Part shown: piece after piece, positions 1-6,555 of the stretch
Numbering within the stretch: position 1 is the stretch's first letter
How the letters are laid out: every line of letters begins with the position of its first letter
Assembly (NCBI GenBank): GCA_050178385.1
Contig: JBFXGD010000109.1
Coordinates: 1-11,753 of the forward strand
Direction: 5' to 3'
Length of the DNA: 11,753 nt
DNA from: Calditrichaceae bacterium
Lineage (GTDB): Bacteria; Calditrichota; Calditrichia; Calditrichales; JBFXGD01
The notes under the pieces: generated by a model
The model's database searches: none
What the model was told of the DNA's origin: nothing
What the model saw: the letters and a program-made list of their open reading frames with translations, nothing else
Program-made: the position numbers and the translations under genes

Positions 1-1
1 G

Positions 2-415
2 TATGCGGGAGGTAATGTATCCCAGCCGGGTTTCGTCAAATCCGACCTTGCCTGTTAAACGGATCTCCGTCCGGACGGTCTGTCGTTCGACAGGAGCGGT
101 CTGAATCTCCGCCAGTTTTCTGGCTTTTTCAGACAAACGAATTTCCCGGTACCCTTCATCGCCTTCGCTGTCGTTGCTTACGGGTATGAGGTCCATTCCG
201 CAGATGGGACATTGCCCCGGATTTGGCTGTTGAATCTGAGGATGCATCGAACATGTCCAGATCGTGTTTTTTTGAACTGAGTTTTCAGCATGATTATGTT
301 CCTCTGACGATTCCGGAGCGCTGTTTAGTGAATAACCGATAATGAATGCCAGTAATATGAATGAACCCCAAATAATCCGGGTTTTCTGTTTTGACAATAA
401 TTCTTTATACGACAT
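2..415 (-). CDS. Efflux RND transporter periplasmic adaptor subunit, CusB/CzcB-like, with N-terminal heavy-metal-binding domain (5' part; runs off the window start)
   Basis: Not in the ORF track; translated by hand from ATG at 415: MSYKELLSKQKTRIIWGSFILLAFIIGYSLNS...EEHNHAE...IWTCSMHPQIQQPNPGQCPICGMDLIP...IRLSEKARKLAEIQTAPVERQ...RLTGKVGFDETRLGYITSRI. Has an N-terminal TM anchor and the WTCxMHP-x-GxCPICGMDL motif typical of CusB-type adaptors. SD AGGAG at 422-426 (minus strand). Lies downstream of a TolC gene. Confidence 0.92.
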   Translation of the reverse strand, partial: MSYKELLSKQKTRIIWGSFILLAFIIGYSLNSAPESSEEHNHAENSVQKNTIWTCSMHPQIQQPNPGQCPICGMDLIPVSNDSEGDEGYREIRLSEKARKLAEIQTAPVERQTVRTEIRLTGKVGFDETRLGYITSRI

Positions 416-452
416 GCCTCACTCCTTTATTTGTTGCTTTAATCATCTTTAT

Positions 453-559
453 TGTCTGAACTCTGACCTGCCCGCCTTTGGCGGGTTTATGTGATTAAAT
501 GAAAACTCTGATTTCCAATTTCTTAATCATCCAGATCATTTTAATCCCGGTTCAAACCA
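453..559. repeat. Degenerate inverted-repeat (REP/MITE-like) element with a nested GC hairpin
   Basis: Left arm TGTCTGAAC (453-461) is complementary, with mismatches, to right arm GTTCAAACCA (550-559). Internal GATT/AATC units. Perfect hairpin CCCGCC-TTT-GGCGGG at 471-485. Confidence 0.5.
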
Positions 560-573
560 TTCTTACTCTTTTT

Positions 574-722
574 TCTTTTATCTTTTTTCTTTTTTCTTAA
601 ACTTCCTACTTCCTACTTCTTACTTTTCTTCACTTCCCAAGCAAGCAGAAGATCCCTACGGGATGACAGGCCTTATTCGTATGGGTTAACTGTGAGCGGG
701 ACGCCCCTACGCTTAACTCTTA
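574..722. repeat. 149-bp direct repeat, copy 1
   Basis: Aligns without gaps to 803-951 (offset 229) with 7 mismatches by manual count. Contains TCTTTTA and CTTCCTA heptamers, the hairpin ATCCC-TAC-GGGAT and, on the minus strand, the GTAG-tagged hairpin GTAG-GGGCG-TCC-CGCTC. Confidence 0.95.
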
Positions 723-766
723 ACGCTTTTTACTTCCTGCTTAGCTCTCATGAACAACCCCCTCAG

Positions 767-786
767 TCCCCCTTTGCCAAGGGGGA
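767..786. repeat. Perfect GC-rich hairpin (REP-like) in the spacer between repeat copies
   Basis: TCCCCCTT-TGCC-AAGGGGGA, an 8-bp perfect stem with a 4-nt loop, preceded by AACCCCCTCAG. Confidence 0.75.
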
Positions 787-802
787 AGCAGCTTATTCTT
801 GA

Positions 803-951
803 TCTTTTATCTTTTATCTTTTTTCTTAAACTTCCTACTTCCTACTTCTTACTTTTCCTCTCTTCCCAAGCAAGCAGAAGATCCCTACGGGATGACAGGC
901 CCTATTCGTATGGGTTAACTGTGAGCGGGGCGCCCCCACTCTTAACTCTTA
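803..951. repeat. 149-bp direct repeat, copy 2
   Basis: About 95% identical to 574-722. Followed by CTCTTAA(CG)-type tandem units to about 973. Confidence 0.95.
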
Positions 952-1004
952 CACTCTTAACGCTCTTAACGCTGTTTAATTCATACTCCCACTTCAGACT
1001 CTTC

Positions 1005-1059
1005 TCTTTTATCTTTTATCTTTTATCTTTTATCTTTTTTCTTAAACTTCCTACTTCCT
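1005..1059. repeat. Partial third repeat copy plus (TCTTTTA)4 microsatellite, overlapping the tolC 3' end
   Basis: (TCTTTTA)x4 at 1005-1032. 1019-1059 is identical to 803-843 (41 bp) and includes the tolC stop codon at 1051-1053. Confidence 0.9.
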
Positions 1060-2289
1060 CCCTCCCGCCAAAAATTCCAGATCCGCCATGTTTTTGTTAT
1101 AGACGGACAAGACATTTTCCCGCGCCAACTGATACTTATACAGCGTCATCAGGTTGTCAATCATTGACGTATAATCGATGCGGTCGTTTGAGTATGCTGA
1201 AATCGCGGATTCATAGGCCTGCTGAGATTGCGGGATCATCTGTGTCTCATAGAGCGCCAGAAGCCGGAGATTCTTTTGATAATTATCATAGGTGACTTTT
1301 ATCTGATAAAGGATTTCATTTTTTGTGTTTTCATACTCAAATTTAGCGCTTTCATTTAGCGCGGCGGCCTCCTGAATCTTCTGACTCTGTTTTCTGTGCG
1401 CATAGATCGGAATGCTGAGGGAGACAGTTGCCGATAAAAAGTCGGGTCGATTCTCACGTTGTCCGTACATAGCGGTAAGGGAGATATCCGGCCAATATTC
1501 TCTTCTTTTTAACTTTTCCGTGACTGATGTTTTTTCAGTATTCAGATCTTTTATCTTTAACATTGGATTTTTCTGAAGTGAAAGTTCAATAATCTGATCC
1601 AAACTTTTATCAAGTTTGTCGGCTGTCAGCGCCTGAGGATTTCCAATGGGCTGATCGGGGGCGCGGTTTAGCAGAATATTCATCCGCGCTTTCAGCGTCG
1701 ATTCCTGTTGCTTAAGAATTTCAAGAGTTTCATCCAGTTTTAGCTGTTCCAGCTGACTTTGCAGAAGATCCCGCTGAATGCCTTTACCGGACTGATATTT
1801 AATGGTTGCCACCTGAATGACATTTTCCAGAAGCAGTCTGTTTTCATTGGTTATATTAATTGCCCTGTCGGTATAATAGAGATCATAATAAGTATTTTTG
1901 ATAAGTCTTATGATTTGCAGTTTGGATTCATCATATCCTTCCGCTCCCATCAGCGCGTCAATTTCAGCGATATCCTGTTTCATCGTCAATTTCCCCCAAA
2001 AGGGAAACATTTGCATTAGGCCGATGGTTTTTTGAGTCATTGGCTCCTGATCGAAGGAATAAGTATCCATCGGCAGATTATTAAGGCCAAAAGTTATTAC
2101 AGGATCCGGCAGGCTGCCGGCGGGTCCGATATTATATTTACGGGCATCAAGTTGGTTCTTAACACGCTGAATATCCGGATTCGCCCGCAAAGCCTCGTCG
2201 ATCAAATTGTCAAGACTTTCCTGAGCCTGACCCGGACCGCTTATGAACAGTAATATCAAAGAAATTTTGAGAATCCATTTGTAATTCAT
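1051..2289 (-). CDS. TolC-family outer membrane efflux protein, heavy-metal (CusC/CzcC-role) type
   Basis: 412 aa with signal peptide (MNYKWILKISLILLFISGPGQA). Two OEP-like halves (LIDEALRANPDI...LPDP; IELSLQKNPML...YWPDISL...LSIPIY). Met-rich segment NLPMDTYSFDQEPMTQKTIGLMQMFPFWGKL. SD AGGA at 2296-2299. Upstream of a CusB-like adaptor. Confidence 0.92.
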   Translation of the reverse strand: MNYKWILKISLILLFISGPGQAQESLDNLIDEALRANPDIQRVKNQLDARKYNIGPAGSLPDPVITFGLNNLPMDTYSFDQEPMTQKTIGLMQMFPFWGKLTMKQDIAEIDALMGAEGYDESKLQIIRLIKNTYYDLYYTDRAINITNENRLLLENVIQVATIKYQSGKGIQRDLLQSQLEQLKLDETLEILKQQESTLKARMNILLNRAPDQPIGNPQALTADKLDKSLDQIIELSLQKNPMLKIKDLNTEKTSVTEKLKRREYWPDISLTAMYGQRENRPDFLSATVSLSIPIYAHRKQSQKIQEAAALNESAKFEYENTKNEILYQIKVTYDNYQKNLRLLALYETQMIPQSQQAYESAISAYSNDRIDYTSMIDNLMTLYKYQLARENVLSVYNKNMADLEFLAGGRK

Positions 2290-2543
2290 TGTATTTCCTT
2301 TTTTTCATCGGTTTTATTTTTTCGGGACAACAGATAAATAGCAAGGGCGATAGAACCCCACCAGAAGAGCACAAAATTCTTAAGATAATTGTTTAGCATA
2401 ACAGGCCCCATGCCATGCGTATGATCGGCGGTGTGAAAACAACTTCCGGTTAAATAGCCGAAAAGAGACGTGCTGTTCCCGATTAAAACCGGAAAAAAAA
2501 TGATGACACCCGCTATGGCCATAACGATTAGTAAATTTTTCAT
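2286..2543 (-). CDS. Small two-TM hypothetical membrane protein with His/Cys/Met-rich loop
   Basis: 85 aa with two hydrophobic segments flanking CFHTADHTHGMGPVM. Its TGA overlaps the tolC ATG (ATGA overlap). Sits directly after the predicted sigma54 promoter. Confidence 0.75.
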   Translation of the reverse strand: MKNLLIVMAIAGVIIFFPVLIGNSTSLFGYLTGSCFHTADHTHGMGPVMLNNYLKNFVLFWWGSIALAIYLLSRKNKTDEKKEIQ

Positions 2544-2555
2544 ATTGAGTACTAT

Positions 2556-2572
2556 TTCAATAATGATGCCAG
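2556..2572 (-). promoter_or_regulatory. Putative sigma54 (-24/-12) promoter of the efflux operon
   Basis: Minus strand reads CTGGCA-TCATTA-TTGAA, the spacing of TGGCA-N6-TTGC with GA instead of GC at -12. The adjacent gene is a GAFTGA-containing enhancer-binding protein. Confidence 0.75.
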
Positions 2573-2611
2573 TAATTATTTGTTTGATGATCTGAGTGGC
2601 AAGTGTATTAA

Positions 2612-2624
2612 AATCAAACCATTA
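2612..2624 (+). promoter_or_regulatory. Putative IHF-binding site
   Basis: AATCAA-ACCA-TTA is an exact match to WATCAA-N4-TTR and lies between the putative enhancer and the sigma54 box, where IHF sites are expected. Confidence 0.6.
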
Positions 2625-2666
2625 GATGTTTTTTTAAAAAATACTTTTTAAAGGGTATTGGCGGAT

Positions 2667-2684
2667 TTGTAGAATATTGTACAA
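2667..2684. promoter_or_regulatory. Putative upstream activating sequence for the NtrC-family regulator
   Basis: TTGTAGAATATTGTACAA, an 18-bp palindrome with one mismatched pair and TGT-N10-ACA form, centred about 130 bp upstream of the predicted transcription start. Confidence 0.6.
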
Positions 2685-2771
2685 TAAAATTGAAGAATAG
2701 TCATCAAAGAGCGAGCGGATGATCAATGCTGGTTAAAAACACGGTACAGGGAAAGGGCGGGAAAATCACGG

Positions 2772-4121
2772 TCACTTTATATTCAGCTTTTTCATACGAT
2801 AAATCAGGATATGGCGGGGGATTTTCAGGAATACCGCTGTTTTTGTCTGGTTATTATCGTTCCGTTTCAGAGCTTCAATGATGACCAGTTTTTCAATTTC
2901 ATCCAGAGCGATCCCATCATCAGTGAAGGGAATCGTGATGCTGTTTTCATCTGTCCGGTATTTTTTAGTGATAAAAGGAATCTGGCCCGTTTGAATCTCT
3001 TTTCCCGGGAACAGGATAGAAAATCGTTCCATCAGATTTTCGAGCTCTCTGATATTGCCCGGCCAGGCATAATTGACGAGTTCCTTTATTGCCAGATCTG
3101 AAATGGTGATCTTCTTAGAAGGCTCTAAACTCTGGATGAAATGATGAATCAACAATGGTATATCTTCCCTGCGTTCCCTCAAAGGAGGAACGGTCAGGGG
3201 GACAACATTCAGTCTGAAAAATAAATCCTGCCGGAATTGACCTGTACTAACCATATCATCAAGATTCCGGTGAGTTGCCGATAAGATGCGCACATCAATT
3301 TTGCGTGTCTGAACGTCACCGATCCGCTGTATTTCCCTGTCCTGGAGAACACGTAAGAGTTTTGACTGAAGATCAATATCAAGATCACCGATCTCATCAA
3401 GGAAGAGTGTGCCGCGGTTGGCGGCTTCAAATTTGCCGGTTGTATCCTTTATGGCTCCGGTAAAAGCGCCCCGTACATGTCCGAACAGCTCACTCTCCAT
3501 TAGATTATGGGGAATAGAAGCGCAATTTACAGCGACAAAAGGATGTCCGCTTCTCGGGCTTTTGTTGTGAATCGACCTGGCGATCAGCTCTTTTCCCGTC
3601 CCGCTTTCACCAAGTATGATCACATTAGCGTCACTATTGGAAACCTTGTCCACCATATCAAACACCGCTTTCATCCCGGGGCTTTGTCCTATCATATTTT
3701 CCGGTGTGTATTTGTCGGAAAGCCGCTGTTTGAGATTCTCGTTCTCGGTGCTGATTTTTTTAATTTGCAGATTTTTATCGATAGAAAATTTAAGAGCTTC
3801 AAAACTGAATGGTTTTGTGATGTAGTCATCGGCGCCGAGTTGAGTTGATTTTATGGCGTTGTCGATAGAACCGTAGGCGGTTATTACGATGATGGGGGTT
3901 CTGGTGTCTGTCTGGCGGATTTTTTTTATAAGCTCCAGACCGTCCATCCCGGGCATATTGAGATCCGTTAAGACCAGATCTGCCGAATGAGATTGGTACC
4001 GTTTATAGGCGGCTTCGCCGTCTGATGCGGTCAATACATTGAATCCCGCGTTTTCCAACTGATATTCGGTAACCCGCAGAAGATTTGCGTCATCATCGGC
4101 TAACAGAATGGTATATTTCAT
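2772..4121 (-). CDS. Sigma54-dependent two-component response regulator (NtrC/AtoC/ZraR family; REC-AAA+-HTH)
   Basis: 449 aa. Receiver motifs [29 protein letters not shown]. Walker [24 protein letters not shown], Walker [29 protein letters not shown]-terminal Fis-type HTH ([20 protein letters not shown]). Confidence 0.97.
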   Translation of the reverse strand: MKYTILLADDDANLLRVTEYQLENAGFNVLTASDGEAAYKRYQSHSADLVLTDLNMPGMDGLELIKKIRQTDTRTPIIVITAYGSIDNAIKSTQLGADDYITKPFSFEALKFSIDKNLQIKKISTENENLKQRLSDKYTPENMIGQSPGMKAVFDMVDKVSNSDANVIILGESGTGKELIARSIHNKSPRSGHPFVAVNCASIPHNLMESELFGHVRGAFTGAIKDTTGKFEAANRGTLFLDEIGDLDIDLQSKLLRVLQDREIQRIGDVQTRKIDVRILSATHRNLDDMVSTGQFRQDLFFRLNVVPLTVPPLRERREDIPLLIHHFIQSLEPSKKITISDLAIKELVNYAWPGNIRELENLMERFSILFPGKEIQTGQIPFITKKYRTDENSITIPFTDDGIALDEIEKLVIIEALKRNDNNQTKTAVFLKIPRHILIYRMKKLNIK

Positions 4122-4162
4122 GGTGATATCTGTCCTGTAAAGTTATGGTTTTAATTCCGCGA

Positions 4163-5272
4163 TTATTCGGGTTGCCGGATTGGAAACCGGAGAAAAAAAG
4201 AAGCGCCATCTTTATGGTTATTAAACCAGACATTTCCTCCATGCTGAGTCATGATCCGCTTGACGATTGCGAGTCCGAGTCCGGTTCCGTCCTCCTTTGT
4301 TGAAAAAAACGGGTCGAATATTTTCTCTTCAATTTCCTTCACTATTCCGGGACCTGAATCCGTAATTACAACGTCGGCATGTTGATTGTCCTTGTCTAAC
4401 AATATCTCACACAGGAGGGTTCCTCCTTCTGACACAGCATAATTCGCGTTAAGCGCCACATTGAGCAGCGCCTGTTGAATTTGTACGGGATCGCCATCAA
4501 CAAATATCTGCTTTTCATCCGGGAATTTTGTGGTCAGACTGACATTCCGTGAACCGGCCGATACGCGCACCAGGGCCATAGAATTAGAAACCAGGTCGAT
4601 AAGATTAACTTTTCTGAACGTTTTTTGATCTCTCTGCGTCAGACTCAGATAATTTTCGACAACTTTATCCAGACGTTGGATTTCATCAAGCTGGATTTTA
4701 ATGAATTCATATTCCGGTTCATTTTCGGAGATTTTTTTTTGAAGGATTTCGGTCGCTCCCTGAATGCTTCCCAGGGGATTTCTTACCTCATGGGCAAGGC
4801 TTGCGGAGAGTTCACCCAGAATGGAAAGACGATCTGCAAAACGTAATTCATCTTCGAGTTGAATGATCTTTTCCGTGTTATTCTGCAAAAGGGAGTAGGC
4901 TTCCTGAAGTTCGCGCGCGCTTTGCTCAGCCGATTTCTTTTGATCGTTTTTTCTCTCTATATAGGTGCCGATCATATAGCCGACAATATTAAAAAATACA
5001 ATTTCGATCATGTTGTCAAGATAGCGTGGGTTCCTGCCGTACCATGAAAATAAAGCATGCGGAAAATATAAAATGGTGATCGACGCGGCGGAATAAATAC
5101 CCCCTTTTTTTCCAAACCAGTAACTGGCGAGAATAATCGGCAGGTAGTACATTCTTCTGGAAATATCATGGAGGTAAACAACGGCGTGACTCATGGTGTA
5201 ATGAGCAGACGTTATCAGTATAATGATCAGCGCGACAATGATGATTTTCTGTCTATGGGAAAATTCTTTCAT
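4163..5272 (-). CDS. Sensor histidine kinase with about 4-TM N-terminal membrane sensor (NtrB/ZraS-like kinase core)
   Basis: 369 aa. H-box LAHEVRNPLGSI, N-box QALLNVALNA, G1 DSGPGI, F-box IFDPFFSTK, G2 GTGLGL. Hydrophobic N-terminal ~105 aa with no large periplasmic domain. Ends 41 bp before the cognate regulator. Confidence 0.96.
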   Translation of the reverse strand: MKEFSHRQKIIIVALIIILITSAHYTMSHAVVYLHDISRRMYYLPIILASYWFGKKGGIYSAASITILYFPHALFSWYGRNPRYLDNMIEIVFFNIVGYMIGTYIERKNDQKKSAEQSARELQEAYSLLQNNTEKIIQLEDELRFADRLSILGELSASLAHEVRNPLGSIQGATEILQKKISENEPEYEFIKIQLDEIQRLDKVVENYLSLTQRDQKTFRKVNLIDLVSNSMALVRVSAGSRNVSLTTKFPDEKQIFVDGDPVQIQQALLNVALNANYAVSEGGTLLCEILLDKDNQHADVVITDSGPGIVKEIEEKIFDPFFSTKEDGTGLGLAIVKRIMTQHGGNVWFNNHKDGASFFLRFPIRQPE

Positions 5273-5298
5273 ATTCCATCTGTTTTTAGACTATGCTC

Positions 5299-5327
5299 AT
5301 TTTAATCATGTTTCCGGCTTCGGACAA
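5299..5327 (-). promoter_or_regulatory. Putative sigma70 promoter for the two-component operon
   Basis: Minus strand TTGTCC-17 bp-TAAAAT, ending 26 bp upstream of the kinase ATG. Confidence 0.5.
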
Positions 5328-5585
5328 GTATGAACCGATAAAATTGATTAATTAATCCTGAATAGACGGAAGGCTGTGCGTCAGTTCGGACAAACGGCGG
5401 TGCCCTGGGTCGTTCCTGATAAATGGAACAAATCTGCCTGCCGGTCGGTATATGCTCATTCGGAATATTTATATTGATATTGCGATAATGATCTCATTAT
5501 GTTATTATCGATCAGATAGAAATTTTGATCTAACCTTTTCATTTATTAATGTCTTATATAATAAAGACAGTCAGGTCGGGTCAGT

Positions 5586-6419
5586 ATGGAAAAAAGTAAT
5601 AAAATCAGGCAACCCGCCGTTGCCGGTTTATTCTATTCAAAGCAAAAGAGTACGCTCGAACGTGAAGTCGCTGTGTATCTGGAAAATTCACCCGCGGTCA
5701 AAGACGTAAATCAGATTTACGGACTGGTGGCGCCTCACGCTGGATATATGTATTCGGGTGGTGTGGCGGCAAGAGCATACAGGCAATTAGTGGATCGGGA
5801 ATTTGATGTTGTGGTTGTCATAGCGCCGAGTCACAGAACATATTTTGAAGAAGTATCTGTTTACAATGGTTACGGCTACAGCACTCCGCTCGGTGATATT
5901 CCGGTTGACCGGAAACTGGCATCGGAAATTTCGGAAATGCACCCGTCTATTATATATTCGGATTTGGGTCATGAGATCGATGAGCACGCGCTGGAGGTTC
6001 AGCTCCCGTTTCTACAGCAGGTATTAGGCGAATTTAAACTGGTTCCGATTGTCATGGGAAATCAGGACATGGGAAATGTGAAGCTGCTCGCTGATGCTCT
6101 GAGCAAAACACTGAAAGGCAAAAAAGCGCTTGTGGTAGCCAGCTCAGATCTTTCGCACTATCATCATTATGATCGCGCGGGGATGATTGATAATGTGGTG
6201 GTCGATAATATCAACGATTTTGATGCCGAAAAACTTAATGATGATTTACTAAGGAATTCCTGTGAAATGTGCGGTGGTGGTCCGGTAATGGCGACGATGA
6301 TGATATGTAAAAACCTGGGCGCGAAATCATCAAAAGTGTTGATTTACAGAAACTCTGGGGATGTAACCGGCGAGAAATCTGAAGTTGTCGGGTATTTGTC
6401 AGCGATTTTTTATAGTTAA
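5586..6419 (+). CDS. amrB: AmmeMemoRadiSam system protein B (MEMO1 family)
   Basis: 277 aa with MEMO-family motifs IRQPAVAGLFY, APHAGYMYSG, IAPSH, EHALEVQLPFLQ, ASSDLSHY, MCGGGP, YRNSGDVTG...VVGY. Confidence 0.95.
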   Translation: MEKSNKIRQPAVAGLFYSKQKSTLEREVAVYLENSPAVKDVNQIYGLVAPHAGYMYSGGVAARAYRQLVDREFDVVVVIAPSHRTYFEEVSVYNGYGYSTPLGDIPVDRKLASEISEMHPSIIYSDLGHEIDEHALEVQLPFLQQVLGEFKLVPIVMGNQDMGNVKLLADALSKTLKGKKALVVASSDLSHYHHYDRAGMIDNVVVDNINDFDAEKLNDDLLRNSCEMCGGGPVMATMMICKNLGAKSSKVLIYRNSGDVTGEKSEVVGYLSAIFYS

Positions 6420-6510
6420 GAATTTCAATATTTTGTTTGTTCAAAAAGTGGAATGATTGATCGGATCCGTCTCGCAATATTTAATTCAGACAGGATTTAT
6501 TTTAATTTTC

Positions 6511-6519
6511 TGCTATACT
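6511..6519 (+). promoter_or_regulatory. Candidate extended -10 promoter for the lemA operon
   Basis: TG-C-TATACT, 36 bp upstream of the lemA ATG. No convincing -35 box. Confidence 0.35.
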
Positions 6520-6555
6520 AATAGTTCAATACAGGTTAATTGTTTTGGAGGCCAA

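Noticed and set aside
685..727. Integron attC site (GCTTAAC fits RYYYAAC)
   Set aside because: No matching GTTRRRY at a suitable downstream distance, no cassette ORFs and no integrase.
574..1059. CRISPR array interpretation of the direct repeats
   Set aside because: The repeats are 149 bp, far longer than CRISPR repeats, there are only two full copies, the spacers are low-complexity, and no cas genes are present.
750..1295. 181-aa plus-strand ORF
   Set aside because: It translates the low-complexity repeats (LSFIFFLKLPTS twice) and is antisense to the tolC 3' end. No SD and no recognisable motif.
5452..5709. 85-aa ORF overlapping the amrB start, and the other short ORFs nested in or antisense to the main genes
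   Set aside because: They overlap well-supported genes in other frames and have no recognisable motifs.
6457..6555. 33-aa N-terminal extension of LemA in the ORF track
   Set aside because: The ATG at 6556 has a strong GGAGG SD and gives a typical LemA N-terminus. The extension covers AT-rich promoter-like sequence.
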